Of a stretch of 64,000 nucleotides of DNA, positions 28,966 through 41,225 are shown in pieces. The translations under genes were made by a program, and so were the position numbers. Within the stretch, counting starts at the first letter, position 1; each line of letters starts with the position of its first letter. The notes under the pieces were generated by a model that searched no databases, was not told the DNA's origin, and was given only the letters and a program-made list of their open reading frames with translations. Source of the DNA: the human T2T-CHM13v2.0 reference genome, Homo sapiens. Where the stretch lies: the NCBI RefSeq assembly GCF_009914755.1, contig NC_060935.1. One strand, written 5' to 3'.

Positions 28966-29085
28966 CAAGGCTGCTGTGTATGGTCACACAGTTGCACACT
29001 GCACAACTCTGAGACAGCAGTGCACCCTGCATGAAGAATGTAATGCGAACAGCATTCCTTGAAGCTGTGCAATGTCACAGCTCTG
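28966..29085 (+). mobile_element. MER91B/C-like palindromic MITE (hAT-Tip100)
   Basis: 'caaggctgctgtgtatgg...tgcacactgcacaactct ... gaagctgtgcaatgtcacagctctg', a decayed inverted structure. Confidence 0.6.
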
Positions 29086-29902
29086 CAAGATAGTTAACTA
29101 AGAAGTCAGAGAATTTTGGAGCGGGATAACTGCTATGAAGAAAATAGTAAGGGGTACAAAACAGAAATTGATTGGAGACATGGGGTCTCCTTCCTTCTCT
29201 GAGGAGGTGGTGTTTGAGCTGTAATAAACATATATCCCCCTCTTAGTGGACACACGCAAATCCTTACAGACCCTATGTGCATGCACACCTGTGTACCCTT
29301 TCTTCTTCATTAATGACTCCTGAATGAAATGGTTTCTCCTCATAATGGCCTACAGTTGCCAAATTTTGTATAATGCATATTTATTATTTTAATAAAAAGA
29401 AATAAAGGTATAGGTTTTTTTTTATGTAAAGGGAGATCTAGAAACTTCTGGGGATGATTTTCATCCAAAGGGTTAAGTGATAAACTGTTGGTGCTTCAAT
29501 GGCCACACATTACACTATCTGGAAAATGTGGGTCACTTGAAAACCTCATTCCCAGAGGGTCAAGCATGTGTGTAAGGAGAGGTAGGGATGGGTGTGTCTA
29601 CGGGTGACATGACAGGCATGTGGGCGACCCCAAGATCCAAGGTAGAGAAACAGACCACAGGTTCAAGGACCACGTGTTCACTGGGCATATCAGCCAGCGC
29701 AGAGATTAGGGTTGGGGCCGTGGCCAGAGAACTGTCTCAGTCCCAACAATGCAGAGGAAGCGTGAAATGTGATGAAAGAGTGTCGCTGGGCACTGAAAGT
29801 GGAAATTGGTATTGATTTTCCAGAGCCTGATGCTCAGGGGAGCGCATCAGGTGCAGCCTTACAGGCGTGGTCCATTCGCCCTGGAGGGCCCACAGGGTCT
29901 GT

Positions 29903-29917
29903 GGCGCCCCCTGCCTG
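29903..29917 (-). promoter_or_regulatory. Candidate CTCF motif
   Basis: Reverse complement CAGGCAGGGGGCGCC versus consensus CCRSYAGRKGGCRSY (one mismatch). Confidence 0.5.
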
Positions 29918-30339
29918 CCTTGTGTGTCCACTCCACAGGGCCAGCTCTCCCAACCTAGCCTCCACAAGTTCTGCAAAGCACCTTGCCCTCCGTGCCACAG
30001 GCCCTGCTCAGAGAGTGGAAGGGAGGTGATGGTGGGAGAGGAGAGTCCTGGGTGGGCACAGCTCTTGGCTCTGAGACATGTAAACAGAAGTCAGATCACT
30101 GCCCCAACTCTGGATTCCTGCCCTTCATCACGAGTTGCCACCAGGCACCAAGCTGAGCCCCCAGCATTTAAGCCTGTCCCTGCACGAATCCAGAGCCATG
30201 TGGGAGAAGAGCAAGCTCCAGCTAGGAGCTGGGAGCAGTGAATGGAGGTGAAAACTCCAATGAGTAGCCCTGGATGCAAGACCAGTGCAGCCCCACGAAA
30301 CCTCACACCCGCAGGCAGGGGCTACCATCCAGGGAGGTG

Positions 30340-30585
30340 ATATAATGCAACTGGTAAGAGAGGGGGGTCTTCAGAGTCAGCCAGGCCTGGGCTGTCATCC
30401 TCACTCTTTCATTGCCCAGCTATGTGGACCTAGGCAGATTAGTTAACTTTCTAGAGCCTCAGCAGTCCCATCTATAAAATGGAGATATTCGTTGTATTGT
30501 GAGGATTCCATCAGATAAAGCAGGCAAAACACGTAGCCCTGGCTTGGCTCTAGTATGTACCCATGACTGTTAGCTAAAACAATAG
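30340..30585 (+). mobile_element. MIR SINE
   Basis: 'gctatgtggacctaggcagattagttaactttctagagcctcagcagtcccatctataaaatggagat...gtgaggatt'. Confidence 0.8.
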
Positions 30586-30654
30586 CAACAGAAACCAAGG
30601 ACATAGGGCAGAGCTGAGGCCCACCTCTGTTCCCACCCCCTCGACTTTCCCTTC

Positions 30655-31100
30655 GTGAACGGGACTGCCATCACCTCAATTGCCTGAGGCAGAAACGCTG
30701 GGATGGTCCTGGACTCCTCTCTCTCCCCCAACAATGAACTAGTCATCTGGTCTTGCCTGTTCCACTTTCTGAAGATCCTTCCATTCCCATTGCCTCCTCT
30801 CCTGCCAGGCACCATGATTTCTCTCCTAGGTCACTGCAGTAGCTCTAGACTGGCCTCCCCAAATCCACTCCTCCCTCTCCATTGCATTTGACACCCACGT
30901 CTAAAGCAGCTCTGGATTCCTCACATTCTGAGTTAATGTCTTCAGTAGCACCACCCCCCTCCCAACTTTATTCTGTCCTTGCCTGTCCTCCTGTCTGTCT
31001 CCCCCAGTGGAATGTGAGCTCCTTGGGCAGAGCCCTTGGATTTTCACCACTGCACCCCCAGTTCCTAGCACAGTGCTTGGAACAAAACAGGCTCATAAAA
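30655..31100 (+). mobile_element. L2 fragments
   Basis: 'ctgggatggtcctggactcctctctctcc', 'caccatgatttctctcctaggtcactgcagtagc', 'gaatgtgagctccttgggcag...cctagcacagtgcttgg'. Confidence 0.7.
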
Positions 31101-31129
31101 TGATAAATCCTCAAAGGCATGAAGGAGTG

Positions 31130-31920
31130 GCCTGTTGGGAGTGTGGTGAGATGGGAAGTAGGGTGGCTGGGGCAGAGCTACAGAGGTGGTGGAAGGCACA
31201 GGAAGAAGAAATAGTGGGCAGGAGCCACTTTGTGAAGAGACTGGAATGGCATGGTAAAGATCCTTCACTTTCTTCTGCAGGCAGTGGGAATACATTGAAG
31301 GTTCCACGCGGTTCAAAGACATGATGTGCTTTCTGTCTTAGAAAGGTTGCTCTGGGTTGGGGAAATGTGGAGGAGAGATAGAACAGACAGGAAATGCTTC
31401 CAGCTAGTCTTCTGGATGAGCCAAGGGTGGCTGGGCCAGGGTGACAAAGGCAGTGGAAAAGGGGAACCAGATCCAACAGGCTCTTTAAGGAAGCGAAATG
31501 AACAGGACCTCATGACTGTTGAGCTTGAGTGAAGAGAAAAAGAGAGAGGTGGAGGGCCTAGCATGATGCCAAGCTTGTGGAGAATTTCCAGACAAACCTG
31601 TGCGATGGGATTGCCATTTGGCAGGATGCTGAATATGGGAGGAAGGGCAGTTTGGACCAAGGACAGTGAGTTGGGGTGGGAGGAAAGTGATGGGTTGCAT
31701 TTTGAACATGGATCTCCCAAGTGAAAATGTCTGGAATCTGTTTGCTACGAGGGTGTGGAGCCCAGGGGATAGCTCAGGGCTGGGGACAGAGATGCGGGGG
31801 CTTCAGTGCACAGCTGAACCGTGTGAGGAGCCGTGGGATGGGCTAGATTGGGAGGGCCATGTCTGATGCAAGGAAGGGGTCTGCGTTAGAGCCCCGGGGA
31901 ACATCAACATTTCAGATGCC
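31130..31920 (-). mobile_element. L2 fragment
   Basis: 'gcagtgggaatacattgaaggtt...gatgggattgccatttggcaggatg...gggtgtggagcccaggggatagctcagggctgg...gagccccggggaacatcaacattt'. Confidence 0.7.
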
Positions 31921-32699
31921 AATGGCGGAAGAGGAGAGTGGGGAGCAGCCAGTGAGGCAGGGAGGAGAGGAGAAGTTGGTGGGGCAGCAGGGGGTGCGGG
32001 GCGGGAGTCAGGCAACACAAGCAGGAAAGAACTCACAGAAGCCAGGGCAGCCATGTAGCCCGCAGAGACCTGACAGGAACGGAAGGGGTTCCTATGTGTG
32101 GGAGGCAGTCGGCAGAAACAAAGATGAAAAAAGTGGGTTTTGGTAATGATTGGGGAGACTTGAGTATATATAGTTACCTATTGATTTAATTTATATCCTA
32201 CTTTCTTTCCAAAATTAGTGAAGGCAGCTGAAGAAAATGTGATCATGTTTAGAGCTGAGGAGAGAACAGAGACGCGGGGCCAGGCTCACTTCTTTCACGG
32301 TCGCCGGAAGGGCAGCCCACCTCAAAGGCCTGCGTGGAAAATGGCCCTGAGCACGTGCTGTGTACGAGGCGGGGCCATAATCAAAGTGGGGACAAAATCA
32401 GAGTTGGATGAGGTCAAGGTGGGAGTCAAGATGTGTGAAGTCAGGGTGGGGTCACTGGGAGTGGGGAGGCGAGGATGGGGTCAGACAAAGGCAGAGTGGG
32501 GTGAGATTAGAGGGTCCAGGTATCGAGGGAGTGAGATCAGGGTGCATGACGTCCCCAAGGGAACAGGGTGAGGTTAGATTCAAGTGCCAAACAGGTAAGT
32601 GTGGTTGGGGGAGCCAGGGTGGGTGGGACCCTAGCAGGAGTGGGTAGGAACAGTCACTCTGAGTGGTGACTGTGACGACAGCTGCCCTGTCCCTTCTCC

Positions 32700-32830
32700 A
32701 GCCCCTGTGTGTACATGTATACACAGCTGGGTGGTGTGTGTGTGTCATGTCCTTTTGAGACTGCATGCATGTGCTCCCTTGTGGATGTGACACAGGGTGC
32801 ATATTTTGTATAGTGTGCATGTGCATGCAC
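32700..32830 (+). repeat. Degenerate (TG)/(TGCA) low-complexity tract
   Basis: Alternating purine-pyrimidine GTGT/GCAT repeats. Confidence 0.7.
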
Positions 32831-33215
32831 TTTTTCTCCAAAATCGGAGAATGAATCTAGTATTATAATCAGAAATTAGATAAACACTCCTCAAAGCCAT
32901 GACCAAACATCCCATTATCTCTGGTTCCTAAGTGTTATTATGTTTTCTAATAATTTATCAAGGCCAAAGAACTTGGGAAGTGATATGGAGAGAGATGACC
33001 TTTGGTCCTTGGTGGCTTTGGAAGGACATATTCTCAGTCAGTGGGAATGCGACAGGGGGCAGGTGGTAAAGAACTGATCCTTCAGGTCTAGAATATTCTC
33101 TGCAGCTTCCCACCCTGCTGCTCTCATGCCCTGGCAGTGAACCTTACTGAGCCCAAACTACCCTTCCGCCTGTATCAGCATCTGCATGAATGAACTGTCT
33201 CCCCATCCCCTAATC

Positions 33216-33561
33216 CAAAGGTCCCCAACCCCCAGGCTGCGGACCGGTACTGGTCAACGGCTTGTTAGGAACCGGGTTGCACAGCAGGAGGTGAGTGACA
33301 GGCAAGCAAGCATGACCACCTGAGCTCCACCTCCGTCAGATCAGCAGCAGCTTAGAGTCTCATAGGAGCGTGAATCCTATTGTGAAATGGGCATGCGAGG
33401 GATCTCGTTTGAGCACTTCTTATGAGAATCTAATGCCTGATGATCTGAGGTGAAACAGTTTCATACCCAAACCATCCACCCTACACCACTCCCTACCCGA
33501 TCTGTGGAAAAACGGTCTTCCATGAAACCAGTCCCTGGTGGCAAAATGTTGGGGACTGCTG
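33216..33561 (+). mobile_element. MER1B (hAT-Charlie), complete
   Basis: TIRs CAAAGGTCCCCAA...TTGGGGACTGCTG; degenerate 8-bp TSD CCCTAATC / CCTTAACC (6/8). Confidence 0.93.
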
Positions 33562-33871
33562 CCTTAACCCATCCTACGACAGGAGCCAAAGGTCCTTCAG
33601 TGAAAACTTCAGTGGCCCCCATTGCCTCCAGAGTCAGGTGCAAAATCCTTACCTGGGCATTCCAGACCCTGCCTGCTCTGGCATCTGCCCATCTTTTCTT
33701 CTGTTGCCTCCCTGGCCTCTGCGGCCTTGTCCCAATCACCCTACTCCTCAATGCCCACCCCACCCCAATAAGGCCCCTATTTCATGCCTGCAAGGCTTTG
33801 CAACCAGACACTGGTTCAATGTGTTGGCTCTAAATACTAGTAGATATGGGACTTGGAGGTGGCCCTAGTAG

Positions 33872-34420
33872 ATATTCATTCATTCATTCATTCTTTAATT
33901 CAACAGATATTTATTACTTGCCTCCAGGCTCTGAAGATATGAAGATGACTAGAACTCAGACAATGACCGCTGGGGCTGGTTATCCCTCAAGAGAGAGTCA
34001 GACTAATAGAGAGTGTCAGCCAGGCTGACACCGAATACAATAGAAGCTCCACAAATCTATATTGAATAAATAGGTGGACAAATGTAGTAGGTGTTATAAT
34101 AGGTTCATGCATAAGGCGCAATGAGACAAAAGAAAAGGAACCATCTTCACCTCTTCCTGGAGGTCAGGAAAGACTCCACCAGGCTAGTGGCAAAGTAGAC
34201 AAACTCTTGGGGTCGACTAGGAGCATTCCAGGTGCCAGTGGGGAAGGACATTCAGCAGATGACAGCACAGGCAAAGGAGGAGAGGCAGAAAGGAGCGGCA
34301 TAGGGCAATGAGATCTCTTGGCATGGCTGGGCACAGGGGTGGGGTGGGAGGGGGCAGATGAGACTGGGGAGGAAACCAGCTCTCATCACAGAGGGCAGTG
34401 AGTGAGGACTTCATTCTGTA
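33872..34420 (-). mobile_element. L2 3' end and internal fragments
   Basis: (ATTC)n tail 'attcattcattcattcattc...caacagatatttatta', then 'cattccaggtgccag...cagcacaggcaaagg'. Confidence 0.65.
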
Positions 34421-34519
34421 AGTGAGGGGGACTCGTCTAGCTGGTCAGGGGAACGACGATTCAGGGGGCCTGGAAAAGGGGAGGCATTTGGGTGCAGGTC
34501 TGTGGGACTTGGTTGTTGA

Positions 34520-35187
34520 ACAGAGAGCTGTGCCCTGGATGTGGCGGCCCATTCCTAGAAGGGCCCCGTGCTTAGAGTTTCATGCCCTGCAGTTGCCAGC
34601 TTGAAATTCTTATCATCTTATCTTTGAATGTGTGTTTTGTGGCGAAGCCTGATGGGACATGGAGGCTGTGCCCGGGCTTGGAGCACAGTCCTACTTCCCA
34701 CTACCTCCCTGGAAGGGAGGACTTCTCAGTGGCTTAATTCCTCCCACCTAGTGCCCCAGCCTCCTCAGCCTCCTTGTCCTAGGGCTGTGCCTGCCACCGC
34801 CCTCCACACCAGGCAGGGTCCGTCAGAGTGGCAAGGAAAGGCTCCCATTCCACGGTCACCTTCCACCCTGGCAGTGTTCCGTGCAAAGAAGCAGGGAAGA
34901 CCAGGTGTGTGCCCACAGCTTCTAGGGTGGGGCAAGGTGGCAGCCATCCACCCTGGTCTGAGAAACTAAGGTGTGTTCCACAGTCAGCTCCATGGGGGCC
35001 TCTCCCTCATCCCAGAATCAGGTACTGAGCAAGCTCTGACATGGAGGTCGTAATCCCTGGGGGTCACATACCAGCTGTGGGTTGTGGTGACGGGCCTCTG
35101 AAAAGGGGAGGCTGACTTCCCAAATCTGGGCCTGGGGCCACATTTTCATTTTGCACCAGTCTCAGAAAATTATGTAATGGTTCCTGA
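34520..35187 (+). mobile_element. MER45B/C-like (hAT-Tip100)
   Basis: 'agaagggccccgtgctt...cttgaaattcttatcatc' near the left end; right end 'ggccacattttcattttgcaccagtctcagaaaattatgtaatggttcctg'. Confidence 0.7.
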
Positions 35188-35774
35188 CTGGATCAGTGTT
35201 CTCTAATGCAGGGTGCATGTGCCCCGAAGACTTTAGCAATCACATGCACAATAAGCAAGACAGTTTGGAGATCACCCGTACGGATGCCCGTGACAAATAC
35301 CACCACCCAATCAGCAACATCACACAGATGGAGGTGCCCCCATCTAGAATGGGGTCAAGGATTAACTTTTGACCAATGGCTAAAGGAAAAAACATCTTGA
35401 AATAAGATCAGAGACAGCTATGTATGTCCCAGTCTTAACCACCTGGAGTCCCTGCCGGCAGAGACAGGTTCCCATCCCAAATATCCTCATGCCTGGGTAC
35501 TAGGTGGCAAAGGGCCTTTTTATCTGTGCAGGATGACAGATGAGGCACGTGGGGTGCAAAACAAGGCAGGCCCTTTCGTGGCTGTCCCACCGTTTGTTCT
35601 GGCTTCTCCTTTGCCGTGGCCATGATGGAGTAAACAAGAGAAAGCTCTATCATTGCTATTTATTGCAGATTTCAGGGGTGGATGGATCTCTGTGGGCTCT
35701 GTTTTTATGGATTTGCCCATTGAAAAAGACTAATTGTGTCCTACCTGTGGCTTAGGTTGCTGTTAGGACCTTCA

Positions 35775-35975
35775 GTGAGGTGACTCCAGGAATTAAGAGT
35801 TGGAGGTTTGGCTATGCCACTTACCCCTGTGGGACATTGGGCAAGTTATTTAACCTCTGAACTTCTGACTCCTTGTCTACAAAAGGGGGACAGTAATAGC
35901 ACCAACTTCATGGTACCATCGTGAGGATTAAATTAAATAAATCTCCAAATTTGTAGTGCAGAGCTATTGGATAAT
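35775..35975 (+). mobile_element. MIR SINE
   Basis: 'gccacttacccctgtgggacattgggcaagttatttaacctctg...gtgaggattaaattaaataa'. Confidence 0.8.
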
Positions 35976-35984
35976 GATAATAAT

Positions 35985-36240
35985 AAAAGCAACTAACACT
36001 TTTTATTGTGCTTACTTTGTGCTAGGTACTATTCTCAGTGCTTTCCTTCCATATCAGTGTGTTTAGTTCCCATCACTATAAGACAGGTCCTACTCTTATG
36101 TCCATTTTACAGATGGAGAAGTTGAGGCTCTGAGCCAAGAAGAACTTGCCCCAAATCATATAGCTGGTAAACGGAAGAAGCAGGCTACCCAGGTAGTCTG
36201 GCTTCAAGATCTTCGTTCATAATCATTGTACTATTCTGCC
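35985..36240 (-). mobile_element. MIR SINE
   Basis: 'tttattgtgcttactttgtgctaggtact...ccattttacagatggagaagttgaggctc...cttgccccaaatcatatagctggtaa'. Confidence 0.85.
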
Positions 36241-36277
36241 TTGTTTGTTAAAATAAGTGCTCAGTAAGATGACAGTT

Positions 36278-36600
36278 GTTTTTTTTTCTTTTTTTCTTTT
36301 CGTTTTTTTTTTTTTTTTTTTTTTTTAAACAGAGTCTCACCCGGGCTACAGTGCAGTGGCACAATCTTTGCTCACCACAGTCTCAAACTCCTGGGCTCAA
36401 GCAGTCTTCCTACCTCAGCCTCCTGAGTAGCTAGGATTACAGGTGCACACCATCATGCCCAGCTAATTTGTGTATTCTTTTTGTAGAGACAGAGGTCTCA
36501 CTTTGTGCTTAAGCTGGTCTCAAACTCTTGGGTTCAAGCAATCCTCCTGCTTCGGCCTCCCAGAGTTCTGGGATTACAGGAGTGAGCCACCATGCCTGGC
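36278..36600 (-). mobile_element. AluJ, antisense
   Basis: Long poly-T; J-type 'ctcaaactcctgggctcaagcagtcttcctacctcagcc'; ends CATGCCTGGC. Confidence 0.92.
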
Positions 36601-37447
36601 TTATTTTTCTATTTTTAAAAATTATTTTTCTTTCACACACATGCCCACACTCCTGTACTCATCATCACATACATATATCTATTTGTGAGCCTCTCAGCTG
36701 AGAACTTGCCTTCCGAGGCAATGGAAGTTCAGGGGCCCGGGATCATGTTAGAAAGGTCACTTCTTGGGAACATGGGCCTGGTAAGGACATAGAATAGCCA
36801 GAGCCAGGCTGCTGCAGCCAGAGGATGCCCACGCCCCTCCCACCAGGCCAACAAAGGGCATGCACAGAAGCCAGAAAACAGAGGGGGGGGCCTGGCTCTC
36901 AGCTAAGCCCATTGCAAGCAGCAAGTGGTCCCTGGTGTCACATGAGGGCAGGCCAGGCAGCCCGGCTTTACCAGTGGGAACTGGGTTTCCTAATTCCAGA
37001 AGGTTGGCCAAGAACAACCCACGCCCTTCCTTACTCTGTGGTATGATTCAGGGGCAAAAGACCTGCATGCAGGCTCCTGGGAGAGGGGAAGAGAAGGCAG
37101 TTGTGAACTCTTCCCTGGGATCCCAGCTGAGTGGTCCTCTGGCCCCGCTTCCAACCTCCAGTGATAGGGAGCCTACATCCTCCTGGGGTGGCTGTGATAA
37201 TGTCATTCATCAGCCCAGCAACACCATCCACCTGACTGTAGCTCCTCCCTTCAGAGTCTAAGCAGGCCCCTTGAAGCCTCCCAGGGCTTGTGGAATCCTT
37301 ATGCAACCCGGCACTCAACGACCCTCCTCCCTGACAACCAGGTTTGGCCTGCTCCAGGCCAACACCCCGCCTTGCTTTCCCATCTGCTCAGACCACCTCA
37401 ACCAGGTCCCTCCTACAGCAATCGGACCTGGGACGGGGTCCTGAAGA

Positions 37448-37631
37448 CAGCAGTTTGTTGGAGTCAATAAGAGACAATTGGAAAATATTCAGGAATTTTT
37501 TGAGTCAGTTATTAAACTATTAGTTGTTTAAAATCTGCCACTGTGGGGGCATTTACATCAAGGAAATTGGCAAACACTGTAAACCAGGACCTTTTCCCCA
37601 CCTGGAGAACTGATTTAGTAGCATGCCACTG
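37448..37631. mobile_element. MER63-like (hAT-Blackjack) relic
   Basis: 'atttacatcaaggaaattggcaaacactgtaaaccagg...tttagtagcatgccactg' with CAG...CTG ends. Confidence 0.55.
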
Positions 37632-37674
37632 CCCCATTCCCATAGCCCAAGTGTTTGGAAAGGTCTAGGGGATT

Positions 37675-37825
37675 TTGTGTGGGTGTGTGCGTGTGTGTGT
37701 GTGTGTGTGCATGTGTATGTGCCTGTGTGTGTTTGCTTTTGTGGGTGTCCCTGTATGGATCTGTTTACGTACATACATGAGCATGCACGAAGTGCATGTG
37801 CATTTGTGTGTCCCTGTTTGTGTTC
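37675..37825 (+). repeat. Degenerate (TG)n tract
   Basis: GT-rich alternating run, purest at 37691-37709. Confidence 0.85.
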
Positions 37826-39319
37826 TGACAGAGTGGATTCTCTATGGCAAGAATTTCCCATCATAGGGGAATTGTCCCCTAGAGGTCTAGCAAGGAGCTC
37901 AGCACAGAGAGCCTGCCCTGTGATGGCACAGGCTTTCTTCAGCCATCCATGGGGGTCTTGGTCCCCACCGTAATTGTATAGTAAAAGGCTGGGGCTTCTG
38001 CGGAAAGAAATCCAGTCGCGGCTCCAGAGTCACAGCACCTGGTCCAGTAGCCACTTGCTACCTCTGTTCACCAGCTGTGTTCTGATGCATTTGGTTGTTA
38101 TCTGATGTTTAAATCCTCACGGGAAACAAAGTTTGGTCCTTTTGGAAAGTCTTAAATAGAAAGCAGTTTAAAACCAGCAACAACAACTACTGGAGGTTAG
38201 TGAAGGGATAACCTGTAGTTTTCCAAGTCAAATGGTGTTCATAGTGAATCCAGAACAGATCAGTGAGGAGGCAGAAATGGAGGGCCTGTTTCTATGTGGC
38301 TCTGTTCACTACGACAGGTGGGGACAGGCCAGGACTCAGCTGAGCCAGGCACTTGTGGAACGAAGTGGGAACTTTTTCTCTCAGTCAAAAAAGTTACCAG
38401 GTACACCTGGGGGCGTCTGCAAATGGGAGGGCCAATGAGTAAGTCAGAGTGCCGTGTCCCCTATGCTGGCCACACACAGCAGGTGCTCAGTAAATGTTTT
38501 CAGTAATATTGTTTTATTTGGGAACTTTTTTCCTAGAGAAAGAAAAAATAAAACCTGAGGTGTCTGCATACCTTGGGTCCCCTGGACCCTGGTCGGATCC
38601 CAAGATGTAAAGACAAGGACCCAGGCCCCTCTTCCCCTTCCCATCTTCCCGAAGGCCTGAGAAGGACTTTGTTGCTTTGGTCCCAAAGGAAAGAAGCCAG
38701 GGAAGGCTTCTACTTGCAGAAAGGATGACTAGAAGGGTACGGATCTCAGGCTAAGGCCCATTCACTCTCTAATCCTAACTGGCCACTCTTTTTGGGAACT
38801 CTCAGAGAAGTTGGTTGTAAACTTTCTGAGAAAGAGAGTGGGGCCATAGCTGACCACCAGCTGGACCAGCCCTCCTGGCCTTAGCAGCTGTCCTCAGCGG
38901 CACTTGGATGGGCTTGGCTCTGCCTCCAATCCCTTGCCAACCCAGGACACGACAGCACATTCGGCTCACTGGAGCCACTGATAAAGGAGGCTACTTGGGA
39001 GGAACCAATCCAGGGACCACAAACTAGAGGCTTGGCTTCCTAGTGCTGGGCAGCTGCTCTCTGGCAGAATTCTAGGGGTTCCCCCAACCCCTGAGATGAC
39101 TCAGAATGTGGGGAAAGGGAAGGGGAGTGGTAAATAAAGACACTTACCCCAAGCTGTTATCTGCTTTGCATAATGGGCTTATACAAAAGATTTGTTTTGA
39201 AAAAGGGTTTGGCCACTTTTTAAAACCTGCAAGTCATTAGTCTAGGAGTGGCAATCCTCACTGCATTGTGTAAGCTGGTTAATGACCCATAGGGGATTCC
39301 ACATGTGTGTGAGGGGGTA

Positions 39320-39385
39320 GGGGTTGTATGCATTTTGTGAAAGAGTCTCAGGCGGTTCTCATATGCCCTGTTTGAGAACCAGTAG
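39320..39385. mobile_element. MER5-like (hAT-Charlie) end fragment
   Basis: 'tgcattttgtgaaagagtctcaggcggttctcatatgccctgtttgagaaccagtag'. Confidence 0.5.
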
Positions 39386-40113
39386 CCTAGTGGTTCAGAG
39401 AAGGCTGAGCTGGACAGGTACCAAGGACAGGACAAACATGCCCTTTCTGTCTGCCCACACTATCTTCCTGTGACTGATCTGTGGGCTCAGAGGCCTGCCT
39501 GCATGTCTTGGGTTTACATGAGGTGCTGTCCTGGTGGCCCGGGCGAGGCTTTCCTAGGATTACAGGTGCAGCATGTCCAGGCTGGGAAGGGGTGGTTGGA
39601 ACCGTCCCCTGTCCCTCAGGCATGCCACTCAGAGGCTAAAGGAGAAGAAGAGAGCTCTCTGCAACCCCAAGAGGACAGGGAGTCCTCTCAGCATGGCTGG
39701 GGCCACAGAGATGCCTCTGAAAGACAGGGAAGTGGGGTCCCTGGAGAGGGTGACGCCACTCCTCGTATTTCTCATCTCCCCTTCCATCCACATTCTCAGT
39801 GCTTTGTGATTTGGAACTGACAAGAAGGGGATCCCTGAGACAAAGGGAGGATGAGGGGCTGCCCTGGAGGAGGCTGTGTCCAAGGTTGGTGCCAGGCCCT
39901 TCCTAGAGCCTATCGGCCTCACCTGCCCCTCACCACCCGCAGTCCCTTTTCCCCATATCTTCTTCCTAGGCTGGGCCTAGGTGTGCCCCCCACCCCCTCC
40001 CCATCCTCTCTGCTCACTCCTGGCCTGGCACAAGTCTTCCTTCCCTGTTCTGCCCCTGTTCCTGTGTGGCTCTGCCCACCTGCCCAGGGTGAGCCTGTGC
40101 CAAAATCCCAGGT

Positions 40114-40128
40114 CCTCTAGGGGGCGGC
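40114..40128 (+). promoter_or_regulatory. Candidate CTCF motif
   Basis: CCTCTAGGGGGCGGC versus consensus CCRSYAGRKGGCRSY (one mismatch). Confidence 0.5.
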
Positions 40129-40829
40129 AGAGAGAGCACAGGCTGAGCAGCCGATGATTCATTTGTGTCCCTGAATTGGGACAATCCAATGGCCTCTCCG
40201 GGCCTCCGTTTTTACACTTGCTTGTGGGGGAGGTGACTCACCGGCCTCTCCCTGTCAGAGGCACTGCTGCAGCTGAGCCGCTGCAGAGAACCTAAGCGGG
40301 AGGTGGGAAGGACTGTAGGAGGGTGAGCAGTGGCAAAGCCTGGCCAGGCAAGTGTGCTGGGGACAGCCACTGTTCAGCACCCCCACCCCAGGACGGCAGA
40401 CCAGCGGCTACAGCCAGGCCAGGACGGCATGCTGGTGTCCGGTGGCCTGGGTCCTAGCCCTGGGCACTTGGTCACTGAGAACCAGGCAGCACTCTGTGCC
40501 AGGAGGAGCCCAGCACCCCGGGGGCCTCGAGTGCCCACTCGAGAACTGCCTCTCTTCCCTCCACCCCTGCCTGCATTTTCTCAGCTCTGTCTGACTTTAG
40601 GGCTAATAGATTTGGGATTTCTCTTTGTAAAGAAATACAACCCCAGCGCACAGGGGCCGGGAGGTCCCCAGCCCATCCAGGTTCCCAGAATCTTACATCC
40701 TCTTTGCCTCTCCCCTGGGGAGGGTTGGAGTTTGGGTCCAGGGGAGGTAGCTGGCCCTGCCCTGGAGCGCTAGGAAGTCAAGGAGGCTGGAGGGCCTGGC
40801 CTCTGCCATGCTACACCAGGAGGCCCAGA

Positions 40830-41225
40830 GGGGTTTATTTGGATTTTTTTTAATTATCATTTTTCACTTTTTTTCTCCTCATGAAAAAATTTTAATACAC
40901 ACAGTAAATTAAGCCTGGAAAAAGGGAGGGGGGCACATTTCATCTTTAATCTATTTACTTCTGAATATTTAACATACAATTCTGGCACCAATCACCAAAT
41001 TTAACTGGAAAATTACTCACTAATCTGTTTGCTTATTTGGAATAATTGGGTCGGCTGCCAGCGCGAGGATTTCCCCCCCCCCGTTTAATATCTCAGTTAG
41101 TAGTCCAATTTCAGCTTGGCGGCATAATTACTCTGACAGAGCTGTAGCCACGGGGCCTGTGAGTGGGGCTGCTTTTAAACCGTAAATTATGAAGGATTAG
41201 CATTTATGAATTTTAAATCAGGGCT
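40830..41225. promoter_or_regulatory. Candidate conserved non-coding element / enhancer
   Basis: Sharp AT-rich non-repeat island in GC-rich flanks with many TAAT/ATTA cores. Confidence 0.5.

Larger units (their letters stand above)
28170..29221 (-). mobile_element. L2 3' end, host of LTR8 and MER91
   Basis: 'ttcattcactcaacaaacac...ggcacctactatatactaggcactgt' joins across the LTR to 'ggatcaagttccctgttctcatggagtttacac' and later 'ttctctgaggaggtggtgtttgagctg'. Confidence 0.7.

Noticed and set aside
35775-36240. Tail-to-tail inverted MIR pair as a possible hairpin or miRNA precursor
   Set aside because: The copies are too diverged for an evident stable stem, and there is no evidence of expression.
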